Of a DNA stretch of 64,000 bases, positions 53,737 through 64,000 are shown one piece after another (the first letter of the stretch is position 1; every line of letters begins with the position of its first letter). The translations under genes were made by a program, and so were the position numbers. The notes under the pieces were generated by a model. It worked only from the letters and a program-made list of their open reading frames with translations, had not been told where the DNA came from and ran no database searches. The stretch is from Barthelona sp. PAP020 (Eukaryota): positions 62,001-126,000 of the forward strand of contig JARQWU010000011.1 of NCBI GenBank assembly GCA_040182905.1. Reading direction: 5' to 3'.

Positions 53737-55146
53737 TCAATCAAAAAGGTTAGAAAATCCTCTTGAAACATAACGACCTTTTGGTTGACCAACAATTTCA
53801 CCATTTTGATACATGATTTCACCACGAACAATGGTATGAGTAATGGTTCCTGCAACTTCAAATCCTTCCCAAGGACTCAACTCAGTGTTGCTGAAATGTG
53901 TTTTAGCGCTTAATATTTTTCTGGCCAAAGGATCAAATATTACAATATCTGCATCAGAACCAGGAAGTAAAGTGCCTTTTTGAGGATAAATTCCCAAAAT
54001 TTTGGCAGCATTTGTTGACACTAACTGAACAAAACGTTTCATGTCGATCATTCCCGTCTTTACCAACAACGTATACATGGTCATAATTCGCTCTTCCACA
54101 CCAATAGAACCGTTTGGAATATCTCTAAAATCGTTGATTCCAAGAGACTTCTTCTCATTATTAAAAGCACAATGATCTGAAGCTAAAACAGAAACCGTAC
54201 CATCAGCTATACCTTGTCGTAAAGCGATGGGATGTTCAGGACTTCTTAAAGGAGGTGATAATACGTGATTAGCAGCAGAAAGGAAGTCATCGGAGTAGTT
54301 GCGGCTCTTATCTAAATAACAATGGATGGGATTACATTCAGCAATAACATCATTTCCTCTCTCCTTAAAATGCCTAACAATATCAAGGGCATCCTTCGAA
54401 GTGTTATGAACGATATACACAGGCATTTTGAACATCTCAGCAGTGGCACAAATTTGATGAACTGCATAAGCTTCGGTGGCAGGTGGTCTACTTTCAGGAT
54501 GTCCACAAGGCTTGGTAATACCGTCAACTTCAACCAACTTCTTTTTCTTGTAGTCAATCAATTCCCCTGCTTCACAATGAACTTGTGGCAATAACCTCAG
54601 TTCATTGCATTTTTCAAAAACAGCGATCAATTCTTCAGGTGTATCCATCATTAAACCCCTCTTACCCTTGTAGGCAGTGAATAATTTCACCGAAGTAATA
54701 CCATTTTCAATTAAATAAGGTAGTTGATCAATTGTAGCCTCAGTTCCATCAACCAAAATCATGTGAAATCCATAATCAACGTAAGATGTTGCAGCTTTTT
54801 TGAAATAATCATCAAGGCAAATCTTTAAATCAACATTACTCTTTGATTGAGTCGGATAATCAATAACAAATGTTGTACCACCAGCAACTGCAGCTTTTGA
54901 GCCATTGATATAATTGTCACATGTGAAAAAATCTTGAAATGGCATGTCAAAATGAACATGTGGGTCTATTCCACCAGGCATTATAATTTTATCGGTCGCA
55001 TCAATAACTTGATCAAATTCTTCCAATTTAAAATCGAAATCTTGATTAAAAATGATATTGACAATTTGATCATTTTCAACAATGATATGTCCTTTTTGAT
55101 CAAATTCTTCTGTTACAATTCGTCCATTAATAATGGCTAATTTCAT
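53737..55146 (-). CDS. DPYS: Dihydropyrimidinase (hydantoinase)
   Basis: PGGIDPHVH, AAVAGGTT, SVKLF, VHCE, SPPLR, SDHC, GSDADIVI. Confidence 0.92.
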   Translation of the reverse strand: MKLAIINGRIVTEEFDQKGHIIVENDQIVNIIFNQDFDFKLEEFDQVIDATDKIIMPGGIDPHVHFDMPFQDFFTCDNYINGSKAAVAGGTTFVIDYPTQSKSNVDLKICLDDYFKKAATSYVDYGFHMILVDGTEATIDQLPYLIENGITSVKLFTAYKGKRGLMMDTPEELIAVFEKCNELRLLPQVHCEAGELIDYKKKKLVEVDGITKPCGHPESRPPATEAYAVHQICATAEMFKMPVYIVHNTSKDALDIVRHFKERGNDVIAECNPIHCYLDKSRNYSDDFLSAANHVLSPPLRSPEHPIALRQGIADGTVSVLASDHCAFNNEKKSLGINDFRDIPNGSIGVEERIMTMYTLLVKTGMIDMKRFVQLVSTNAAKILGIYPQKGTLLPGSDADIVIFDPLARKILSAKTHFSNTELSPWEGFEVAGTITHTIVRGEIMYQNGEIVGQPKGRYVSRGFSNLFD

Positions 55147-55319
55147 TTTTGAAGATAACTTAAAGAAAAATTGCAGTCTTCAAAAATCAAAAAAATTTAT
55201 CACTCTTCAAATTTTGATTTGATTTGATTTGATAGGCGTTAGAGGATCTTAACAATAATATTCAGATAAATTAAAGAATGCAAAAACAAAAAGAAAAGAG
55301 GTTGATTTATAGGTGAATA

Positions 55320-56498
55320 TCAAGTGATTTCTTCGAATAACAGCGTTTTATTTTGATTATTGACATCTAATAATCTAGAATGGTTGTCAGAAATGAATTT
55401 TTTCATCATCGTAAGTTTCTCCATCAATAAAGTTTTTTGAACACTGCACCAAGAAGGAAAAGGCACAAACTCATCAATATTAAGATTAACACAAGAATAA
55501 TGCAAACAATGCAAACAAATGGGTTTCACATTGATTGTTTCTTTTTGACATTGCTCACAAATGTCTTCACTTAATTCAAAACAAGGTGGAATTATCTTTT
55601 CATTCCAAGAGCCATCAAATTCATCAAATTCTGGTGATTGTTTGATTTCTTCTTGTTGAATATTATTGCTCTTTTCATGAATTGGTAGTATTCCATCATA
55701 AAGTTCATCACCAATAATAGAACAATTTAAAGCTTGAAGATGAACCCGTATTTGATGTGTACGTCCTGTTACAGGAGAACAAAGAACAATTCCATTTTGC
55801 ATAGGAACAAAAACTGTACAACAAGATTTTCCCGAATTACTTACAACAACCTTTGTCCTATTTTCAACTGTTTGTAAAGGGTATGTGACAACACAATTAT
55901 TGGACACTAAATTAGCTGTTTTAGCAAGATATATTTTTGTACTACTGGTATCTTTGAAAAACTTCGATAAATCTCTCACATCTTCCTTTGTTTTTGGCAT
56001 AATAAGTAGACCTGAAGTGGGAATATCCAATCTGTGAATCATTTTGACATGAATGTTCATGTTTTTCAAAATTTCAACAACGCTATTAAAATGGAATCGT
56101 CCTGTTCTATGTACAGGTACTGTTGCAGGTTTATTTATAACAAAATATCGTTCAGTTTCTTTGACAATTTGAAGATTATCAAAAATCGGAGGTTCATGAA
56201 AATGATAAGAATGAAGAATCTGATCATTACTTTTTATTTTTGTTTGTCTAGTTGTTGGACGATTCAGAAATCGTAAACGGCCTTGATCAATTGCTTCTTC
56301 ATAATATTTTTCAGGTCTATGAGGAAATTCACTGGTAAATACATCTAAAAGAGTTCGATTAATCCATCTTTCCTTTGCAAAAGAAATACTATCGTTAAAA
56401 TAAGGTTTAATTATTCTCCAACCTTCTTCAATAACTATTTCAACATTATTTTCTCCTATTTTGTCGTCATTTTGAGATTTTTTTTCATTTTCATTCAT
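55320..56498 (-). CDS. RluA-family pseudouridine synthase (RPUSD2/Pus8-9-like)
   Basis: INKPATVPVH, HRLDIPTSG, TGRTHQIRVHL, N-terminal KERW...EF. Confidence 0.9.
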   Translation of the reverse strand: MNENEKKSQNDDKIGENNVEIVIEEGWRIIKPYFNDSISFAKERWINRTLLDVFTSEFPHRPEKYYEEAIDQGRLRFLNRPTTRQTKIKSNDQILHSYHFHEPPIFDNLQIVKETERYFVINKPATVPVHRTGRFHFNSVVEILKNMNIHVKMIHRLDIPTSGLLIMPKTKEDVRDLSKFFKDTSSTKIYLAKTANLVSNNCVVTYPLQTVENRTKVVVSNSGKSCCTVFVPMQNGIVLCSPVTGRTHQIRVHLQALNCSIIGDELYDGILPIHEKSNNIQQEEIKQSPEFDEFDGSWNEKIIPPCFELSEDICEQCQKETINVKPICLHCLHYSCVNLNIDEFVPFPSWCSVQKTLLMEKLTMMKKFISDNHSRLLDVNNQNKTLLFEEIT

Positions 56499-56649
56499 TA
56501 ATTAAAAAAGAAAACCAATTTTCCAATTTTCAATTTTTGAGAAAAAGAATTCAATAGTTTTGTTCAAAATATATGAAAATCAAAAGAAGTAATGTTAATA
56601 AAAAATATTTATGTGTTTGATGATTCATGTTTTGAAAAAAAAAAACAAT

Positions 56650-58542
56650 TTATCGCCACCAAGTTTTAATCTGTTGCTCTTCAGTTTCATTTGTATATTT
56701 AACTTCATTAGCTCCTGCATGAGCTAACATAAAACCTTTTAGATATTCTAAACGAAGAAAAATGTCTTCAATAGACCATTCTTTACAAAATCTATGAAGA
56801 TTAGTTCCATGAACTGCGATTTCAATTTTTGATTTGAAATTGACGCTTTCTTTTAGTTTTTCAAGAAGATCATGACTTTCATCAATTATTTGAAAATCGT
56901 CAACAATAATAAAAGTTAAGATCCTTGGGACATTGTTGAATGACCAAAATCTTGATTTGAGGGGTTTTTGAAATGTAGTTTCCAAAACGAAATCTCTACG
57001 AGGCAAAAAAAAAGTACAATCATCAAACATTGTGGAAGGCATGAATTTGGGGTCAATTAAATCAAATCGGTGTGTGTTTAAATTTATGATAGTTTGAATA
57101 TAAGGATCGTCATAAACATATGTAAGGGAAGATCGAAAAGATTCATCTCCAAATGGAGGGAAAATATTTGTCTTTCGAACAATCATTTCAGCAATGGTAA
57201 CTCTCTCTGATGATTGAGAATTATTCTTTAAGACATAGTTGAATGGGATATTTAACGAGTTGATTATTGTCAAAAACAATACAGGACTAATGTTTTCAAT
57301 TAAAAAGACATGATCTAATGCCATATGGTTCTTGATGATTTTAATTACAGCAGCTTCATCTTTTGGATCCATATTTTCCGGGAAAGATCTTGAAAGATCA
57401 AATATTTGGTGTTTTTCCAGTAAAAACTCAAGTGCTGTGAGGTTCATTCTTTCAATGGAAATTTTGATCGTATTCTTAACCAATTCTTTTGAAGACCAAT
57501 CAAAGATGTTTAAAATTTCATCGAATCCACAAGCTATGGCAATTTCAACAGCATTACTTATTGTTTTTAAGTCCATTAGAAAGTTGAATGAAGTATTTGA
57601 TTTTTTTTCGCAACAGGCACATAAAAACAAAAAATTCAGCAACTTGATCGTATCTTCATCTAACTCCAATGAGCACCGTTTGAAAACCTCCAAAGGATTC
57701 TCAATCTTCAGTAGAATATACCTAAATACACTACCAAATTTGTTAAAATCCATTTTTTTACATAAAGATAACACTTGTTTTGTGGCATTGTCATCATCAT
57801 AAACAAATCGATAATTGTGGTTGAAAAAATAATCAAGGCATTGAATTACATTATCAACATTGTCAATTATCTCCAAATGTTTTAAAAAATTGCATAAATA
57901 CTCGTTTGAATTGGTAATTTCATAGTTAACTTCAAGCAAACAATTTTTCAACATTTCTAAATTTCCGCTTTCCAGACTCAAACTGACTACTTCAGTTGGA
58001 AATTTGAAACCAATTTCTTCAAACAGTAATTTTGTTCTTAAATTCAACTTTCCAATCTTAATATGCCTCAAATTCGTCTTAATTACCTTAGGAATTAATC
58101 TTCTTCGTAATAAAGATTTCAAAACATCAATAACAAAGGGTTCAATTAAAAAAAAATCAGATACAACAGTTAAAGATGTACAATACCCTTCAATAGTAAA
58201 AATCTTTATCATTTCATCTTCAAAATCAATGGGAAACAACTTTGATCGTATTTTTTGCAGAAAAAACTCATCTAATGCATATTCTTTATAAAATAATAAA
58301 TCATTAACTCCGTTAAACATCAGTGAACATAATTTTTCAATGTCAAAGGGTGAACAATCGTGGCGATCAAACAATTCCAACAACATTAAGTCTTCTGTAG
58401 ATAGCAATTGATTACAACAATTACAATAGTTGTCAAAAATATAGGGATGAGGTAATTTGATGAATTTTCTTTCTTGGATGGGATTACATGTTGTTTTCAA
58501 TTGATGTTTGCATACAGATTTTATTTCAAATTGTTTTCGCAT
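56650..58542 (-). CDS. Hypothetical helical protein (630 aa)
   Basis: Long ATG-initiated ORF; no family recognised. Confidence 0.6.
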   Translation of the reverse strand: MRKQFEIKSVCKHQLKTTCNPIQERKFIKLPHPYIFDNYCNCCNQLLSTEDLMLLELFDRHDCSPFDIEKLCSLMFNGVNDLLFYKEYALDEFFLQKIRSKLFPIDFEDEMIKIFTIEGYCTSLTVVSDFFLIEPFVIDVLKSLLRRRLIPKVIKTNLRHIKIGKLNLRTKLLFEEIGFKFPTEVVSLSLESGNLEMLKNCLLEVNYEITNSNEYLCNFLKHLEIIDNVDNVIQCLDYFFNHNYRFVYDDDNATKQVLSLCKKMDFNKFGSVFRYILLKIENPLEVFKRCSLELDEDTIKLLNFLFLCACCEKKSNTSFNFLMDLKTISNAVEIAIACGFDEILNIFDWSSKELVKNTIKISIERMNLTALEFLLEKHQIFDLSRSFPENMDPKDEAAVIKIIKNHMALDHVFLIENISPVLFLTIINSLNIPFNYVLKNNSQSSERVTIAEMIVRKTNIFPPFGDESFRSSLTYVYDDPYIQTIINLNTHRFDLIDPKFMPSTMFDDCTFFLPRRDFVLETTFQKPLKSRFWSFNNVPRILTFIIVDDFQIIDESHDLLEKLKESVNFKSKIEIAVHGTNLHRFCKEWSIEDIFLRLEYLKGFMLAHAGANEVKYTNETEEQQIKTWWR

Positions 58543-58689
58543 TTTAAATATCGCATAAAGATAAACTTTCTATCAAAGAAAAAATAAATCTCATAAAAAA
58601 AAAAGAGAAATCCAAATTGAACGAAAAAAAAAAGAAAAAATAATGTGTATTAAACGCGTTTATCAACCGATATTTATCAAATAAAAACA

Positions 58690-59174
58690 TTAGAAAGGAA
58701 TAACGGGTCTTTGTTTTTGAACCTTAACAGCAATTTGATCACAGAATTTACGACCAGCAGGAGTGAGCATACGAGCACCCTTATCTGAAGTCTTAGTCAT
58801 GTAACCAGCATTTTCAAATTGTTGAAGAATGTTTCGAATGATACCACGAGAAGCAGTAGCAAAATGATTTCTGGCATGTCCAAAACGAGCCTTAGAACCG
58901 AAGGCCTTAGAGAAAGCACCAACACCGGTGTTAGGTCTAATATAAACTCTACGAAGAACGGCAGCTAAAAATTAGTATATAATAAGCATAATAAAATACC
59001 AGCACGGATGTAATACCAAGAAGGATCATAAGGACCATGTTCTTTAGAGGGAGCGGTCTTAATAATGTGGGCATATTCGGGAACGTTAATAATATTTTCC
59101 TTATTACGGAGTTCTTCAGAACATGCAGCAATAAAGTTGTCAGCGGAAACGTCTTTCAAAGTAGCGGATGGCAT
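58690..59174 (-). CDS. RPS19: 40S ribosomal protein S19e; 2 exons (59174-59000, 58964-58690)
   Basis: TLKDVSA...WYYIRA|AAVLRRVY...GVGAF...GIIRNILQQFE; spliced length is 450 nt including the stop. Confidence 0.95.
58965..58999 (-). other. 35-nt intron in RPS19
   Basis: GTATTT...TACTAATTTTTAG, phase 1. Confidence 0.92.
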
Positions 59175-59308
59175 AGCGCGTGAAATCGATCAAAATTGAA
59201 GGAGGAAAATAAAAACTGTTTTACAAATTTTTTGGAATTTTTTTGTTTGAATTTTGGCTTTTGAACCAACCTTATTAAAATCGCCAGAGACGAATAATAT
59301 TGTACAAT

Positions 59309-62300
59309 ATGAGCTATACAACAGAAATTTTATCTAGAGAAGAAAGACGTAGACTTTTTCATTTTGATTGTCCAAGTTATTTGGAATTTCGAGGTTGGGA
59401 ACCTGGTGGAGAGTTTGTTAAAAAAATACATATACGAAATATTGATTCAAAATTGCAGAGAGTTAGATATGTGATACCAAAACAAAAAATATTTTTTATG
59501 CAGTATCCTGAAACAATGCGTTTAGCTTCAGGTACAACGACAACGTTTGAATTAGTGTTCAGACCGGTTAAATTAGAATATTTTGAAGATACAATAGAAA
59601 TAGTTACAGAGAGAGGTTCATTTTTTTTGGGCATCAGAGCTTATGCACCAATAATGAGTTTTAAACTACCATATGAAATGGATTTTGGATTTTCAACCGT
59701 GAACCAAGTCTCTGATCGAATTATTGAATTTGAAAATGATGGTGATTTTCCAATTTATTATTCATGGCAGGTTCTTGCGCCGTTTAGTATTAGTCGTATC
59801 GAGGGTGTTGTAAATTCAAAGTCTAAAGAGTTGATTACGTTATCATTTTTACCAAATGAGGCTACTGTTTTGGTTGGACAAATTGTGTGCACATGCAAAT
59901 CTGTTGAAAATGGAAAGATAAATCAATCTCCATTAGCTGAAGTTTCACACACGATATCAATATCAGCAATAAGTAAATATCCTCATCTTACTTTATCTAG
60001 TGATAGCTTAAAGTTCGAATCTATTGTAGGACATAACAATGTAAAATATTTGGAATTAAAGAATGTTTCTACGGTCACTTCAGTTTTTTCGTTTCATCAT
60101 GTTGAAAATCTATTGGAATCTCCATTTTCGATTCAACCTATGTCTGGTTCATTGAGTCCTGGAGAAAGTTTAGCTGTGAAAGTTAGCTTTTTATCACTTT
60201 CTGCTGATATTTCTTTGTTGGACTTTTATGACTTGGTGACACCTGGTGGAAATATTATTCGTTTGTCATTGGAGGGTAGAGCAACAAATATGGGCTTGAT
60301 ATTGAGTCAATCATTCGTAGATTTTAATTTTGTTCATATTGGAGATTCATCTGAGATAGCGCTAACTTTGAAAAATGTTTCTACTGTTAATGACCTCGAA
60401 TGGTCTGTTCCACAGTTGTCTTCATTTTCATTTACGCCTAGCAGTGGAAAAATACCTGCTTCTTTGTCACAGCGAATTGTTTTAAAGTTTCATTGTCATG
60501 TTCCAATTAATTATTGTCACCGTTTTTATTTTAGCGTGTTGAATGGTCCTGTTGTACCTTTAGATGTAATAGCGACTGGTTTTAGTGATGAACAACGACC
60601 AGAATTATTATCTTTTGAGCGGGTAAATGTTTGGAGAGATCATTATGGTTTGCCAACTGCAGATGAAGACAAAGATGACATGAATATGACTGATGCTCTT
60701 GATCCACCCAGGCGGAAGGAAATGCATGATGAAAAGCACATGTTGTTTTCTGAAGGTGCTGTTGAACACATTGATAGCGATATTCGTATTTCAAAAAGAT
60801 CCGTGCAGGTTTATATGGATCAATCGAACGGTACTTCTTTACTTACTTTAGTTAATCAATCTAACAAGCGTTTTTTGGTTCATTTGGTTTTACCAAATAA
60901 AAAAGGATTCTTTTCTTCAGATATGGTCTTTGATATGGAAGGAAATAGTGAAAAAACTGTCAGATTAGGGTACAAAGGAAAGATTAACCCTGGTATGTAC
61001 TTAAATGGTGAAGTTGAATTTTGGGTCATGCCTAAAGTGCAAAGAAGTTTCAGACTAGTTTCTCCAGACACTATTGAACCTGCACTTTGTGTGCATATTC
61101 CTATTATAGCTTCTGCGACAGTTGACACTGTTTTTTCACCTTCTGCAGCCTTGACACATTCGGACTTAATTCTTCCTGGAACAGAAGCTGGTGTTCCTAC
61201 ATTCCAAACATTTTCTTTACGTAATGAAAGTGATACTTGTTTGATGTTTGATTTTGCACCTCAAGGATATATTTCAGAGCTCTTTCCTTTTCAGTTTTCA
61301 CCTTCAATTGGTGTTATTCCTCCACGTCAGTCCTTTATTGTGTCTGTACGTTTTTATGTTGATGTATTGAACGAACTTGAGAGTTACAATGAATTAAAGA
61401 TCAGTTCTGCATTTAAGAGATCTTTGGTACAATACTCACCATCTATTATTCTCAATTCAAAACATGCAGAAATGACTAGTTCCCCAATTCACATTCGTAT
61501 GAATGTATTAGTCAGTGCTACAGCTGTAGCATTTGATCCACCACGTTTAATTTTCCCAGCCACATGTGCAGGAACAGAGTCTAGAAGAGCTGTTACAGCT
61601 CGAAATTTCAGTGCTGTTCCTGTTCGTATTGAAGCAGGATTTTTGCCTCCAAGTCTTTCCCTTGACCGAACTCCCATTATTCAACCAAACGGGACTTCTG
61701 TTTTTGACGTGGTATTTAGTGCATCATCAACAAACGATCAATTAGATGAATCAGTCTTGGAAAAGTGTGAACTGTCATTGGTTCCATTACATGCTTCAAA
61801 ATGGTGGAATGGTGCGACGACAGTTGAATATGAAATTGAAACAAAAACTTCTGAAGCACAATTGCGTTTTGAAGAAGGAGTTATTGATTTTGGTTCTGTG
61901 CTAATTAATGCACCAACAACTCAATTGATTACTGTTCATAATGATGGTGAATGTGATGTTCCTTTTGAAACTAGATTTTTATGGAACCGTGCGGAAACTG
62001 ATTTTGGCAAACGTTTTGGAGATTGGTTGAAAGTTACACCGAATATTGGAATATGTCCGGCTCATGGGTTGTCTACTTTGGAAGTTACCTTCTATCCACA
62101 GGAAAGAATGATGTATGACATTTCTTTGATTGTCATTCCAGCTTCAGAGCATATCGAACACTCTGTTGATGTGAGTGAACGACATATCGTTGAAGCCGCT
62201 TCTGATGATATTTCAAATTATTTGTGTATGACCAGTTTATTTGTTCTAGGAGCTTTTCCTTTATTGGCTGTCACTGACGTGACAACTTCTGATTCTAATA

Positions 62301-64000
62301 TTCCAAAAATACGACTGTTTGACGATTTGTCTATTGAAAAATTGAATGAACACTTGTCTGACATTTTGTCTCCAGGAGAAGTTGAATATCGGAGATGCTC
62401 TGGATTCGGAGAAGTAATTGATTTTGACGCTCTACCTACTGTTCGAATGAATTTTGGTAAAAGACCTGTGAACAGTTTCAATTTGAATGTTTCTTTTCAA
62501 TTTACTAATGTTGGTGTCTTGCCTATTAGAGCTCAATTTAGAGATTCTACTGCTTTTGATGTTTCTGTTGAACGTTGGGCAAGTACTGGTCCTGCTTTTC
62601 CAAAAGATGTTGCTTTCTTAAAAAGTGGTTTGTTTTCTTTGGATATTCGTGAATTTACTTTGGAACCAAATGAACGTATTTCTATTGCTGTTGATTATAA
62701 AAGAACAACTGTTGGATTCCATGAACTTCCTCTTATTTTTGAGATTGAATCTGGCAAAGTTATTCGGTTGTTGTTAAGATTTGAAACTTTACCAGTTTCA
62801 TCTGTATATTTGGACAAATTAAAAGATACTTACACGTTGGTGACTCAACCTATTGGGATTCAACCCCCTGTTGTACAGTTTATTCCGTTGAATAATCCTT
62901 GTACATTTGATTTATATTGCACGCTGAAATTGTTGGATTATGAAGAGATAATTGAAGATAATCATGGTTTTGAGGTCTTTGTTTTGCCCGAAATGTCTTT
63001 TATCATTGAAGCAAAATCATATTATTCGTTGCCTATTAGTTTTGTGCCTATTGAAACCAAGGAATACAGGTTAACTGCACAAATTGAGTATCGGGTGCAT
63101 GGAAAAAAGGGTGTTTTGCAATCAGGTCTTCAAAGATTGAATGATGATACAACATTGTATCCTTCCGAGCAATTTACTATTATAGGACATGGTTTTGATC
63201 CACGCATTGATGTAATTACTGATAAAGCCAAGTTCAATTTGCCTCCTGCTGAAGTTGAGCATATAGGACCAGTTTCTTTAGTTCCAGAGGCTATTTATCG
63301 ACCTCTATTACCTATTAATTCAGTTCAACGTGAAATATTGACCATTTCAAACAACTCGTTGGATACTTATCATTTTGATGTATTACCCATTGTGTCTTCC
63401 GCTCAAGCTAATGTTCTTCCTGCTTCAGGAACTCTTGGACCTCAATCTACTGCATTGTTACTGTTAACTTTTATCACTTCTTCCACTCCTGAGACCCAAA
63501 TATTTGACATTCCTATAACAACATATGCTGGTAATGAAACTGATTCAGATTTGGATGACACAGCAAATGTGCCAATTACTAGTCCTATGACTGCTCAACC
63601 AAGTTTGTCTGTTGTTTTACCCCCCAGATTGTCAGTTGCTACTCGACCAACTGTTTCTTCTCTGATGAAATCTATACGTACTATTGATTATAATGCTCTT
63701 ACTCAAAATATTGAATCTGATCAAGACATAAAAGATCAATTTGATACTGCAGCAGGAGTTGCGCTTAGCACAACCTTACATGTAACTGTTGGATGTTTTG
63801 TCGTTTCAAATGAATCATACAACGTGTATCAGAATGAAAATGTTGAAAAGAAGGCAATTATTTGGAAAAATGCCAAAGGATCTTCCCTTCAGAGCATGTT
63901 TCCTTTCAATATGTATTATGAGCGTGATTTAGTTGGTATATTTGATGCAAACTCAAAATCTGACAATTCTTTCATCAGATCACATTCTATTAGACTGAGG
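59309..64000 (+). CDS. CFAP65: Cilia/flagella-associated protein 65 (ASH/MSP-like domains); 3'-truncated by the window and absent from the ORF track
   Basis: ATG at 59309: ...LEFRGWEPGGEFVKKIHIRNIDSKLQRVRY...FRPVKLEYFEDTI. The same frame is still open at base 64000. Confidence 0.8.
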   Translation, partial: MSYTTEILSREERRRLFHFDCPSYLEFRGWEPGGEFVKKIHIRNIDSKLQRVRYVIPKQKIFFMQYPETMRLASGTTTTFELVFRPVKLEYFEDTIEIVTERGSFFLGIRAYAPIMSFKLPYEMDFGFSTVNQVSDRIIEFENDGDFPIYYSWQVLAPFSISRIEGVVNSKSKELITLSFLPNEATVLVGQIVCTCKSVENGKINQSPLAEVSHTISISAISKYPHLTLSSDSLKFESIVGHNNVKYLELKNVSTVTSVFSFHHVENLLESPFSIQPMSGSLSPGESLAVKVSFLSLSADISLLDFYDLVTPGGNIIRLSLEGRATNMGLILSQSFVDFNFVHIGDSSEIALTLKNVSTVNDLEWSVPQLSSFSFTPSSGKIPASLSQRIVLKFHCHVPINYCHRFYFSVLNGPVVPLDVIATGFSDEQRPELLSFERVNVWRDHYGLPTADEDKDDMNMTDALDPPRRKEMHDEKHMLFSEGAVEHIDSDIRISKRSVQVYMDQSNGTSLLTLVNQSNKRFLVHLVLPNKKGFFSSDMVFDMEGNSEKTVRLGYKGKINPGMYLNGEVEFWVMPKVQRSFRLVSPDTIEPALCVHIPIIASATVDTVFSPSAALTHSDLILPGTEAGVPTFQTFSLRNESDTCLMFDFAPQGYISELFPFQFSPSIGVIPPRQSFIVSVRFYVDVLNELESYNELKISSAFKRSLVQYSPSIILNSKHAEMTSSPIHIRMNVLVSATAVAFDPPRLIFPATCAGTESRRAVTARNFSAVPVRIEAGFLPPSLSLDRTPIIQPNGTSVFDVVFSASSTNDQLDESVLEKCELSLVPLHASKWWNGATTVEYEIETKTSEAQLRFEEGVIDFGSVLINAPTTQLITVHNDGECDVPFETRFLWNRAETDFGKRFGDWLKVTPNIGICPAHGLSTLEVTFYPQERMMYDISLIVIPASEHIEHSVDVSERHIVEAASDDISNYLCMTSLFVLGAFPLLAVTDVTTSDSNIPKIRLFDDLSIEKLNEHLSDILSPGEVEYRRCSGFGEVIDFDALPTVRMNFGKRPVNSFNLNVSFQFTNVGVLPIRAQFRDSTAFDVSVERWASTGPAFPKDVAFLKSGLFSLDIREFTLEPNERISIAVDYKRTTVGFHELPLIFEIESGKVIRLLLRFETLPVSSVYLDKLKDTYTLVTQPIGIQPPVVQFIPLNNPCTFDLYCTLKLLDYEEIIEDNHGFEVFVLPEMSFIIEAKSYYSLPISFVPIETKEYRLTAQIEYRVHGKKGVLQSGLQRLNDDTTLYPSEQFTIIGHGFDPRIDVITDKAKFNLPPAEVEHIGPVSLVPEAIYRPLLPINSVQREILTISNNSLDTYHFDVLPIVSSAQANVLPASGTLGPQSTALLLLTFITSSTPETQIFDIPITTYAGNETDSDLDDTANVPITSPMTAQPSLSVVLPPRLSVATRPTVSSLMKSIRTIDYNALTQNIESDQDIKDQFDTAAGVALSTTLHVTVGCFVVSNESYNVYQNENVEKKAIIWKNAKGSSLQSMFPFNMYYERDLVGIFDANSKSDNSFIRSHSIRLR

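Noticed and set aside
440..62481. Numerous 60-160 aa ORFs nested in or antisense to long genes
   Set aside because: Shadow ORFs with alternative starts and no recognisable motifs.

Overview
AT-rich, very gene-dense eukaryotic DNA from a flagellated protist (IFT81, CFAP65), read in the standard genetic code. It holds about 29 protein genes, among them a partial DPYD, nitroreductase, RPA1, CCT1, GAPDH, AP180-like, VPS29, GIGYF-like, SGF29, AMPK-gamma, LSM1, calnexin/calreticulin, SSU72, INO80, IFT81, a transmembrane calpain-like protein, WDR18, an XRN-like nuclease, ALG11, DPYS, a RluA-type Pus, RPS19 and a partial CFAP65. I found four 34-44 nt introns, all near gene 5' ends, with the branch point close to the 3' splice site. 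There are two tRNA genes, Ala-AGC (+) and Cys-GCA (-). The strongest unexplained signal is at these tRNA loci. Both carry the same extragenic B-box-like 10-mer (AGGATCGAGT) 24-26 nt downstream. Both are then followed, 58-66 nt downstream and in the same relative orientation, by the same ~150-170 bp non-coding element with 5' tandem units, a 3' hairpin and an A-run. This resembles the tRNA-targeted retroelements (TRE3/exB) of Dictyostelium. A decayed Ty3/gypsy-like remnant with a tRNA-iMet primer-binding site lies next to the tRNA-Cys copy, and a second ~320 bp dispersed repeat family is also present. All protein calls come from motif recognition by eye; no searches were run.
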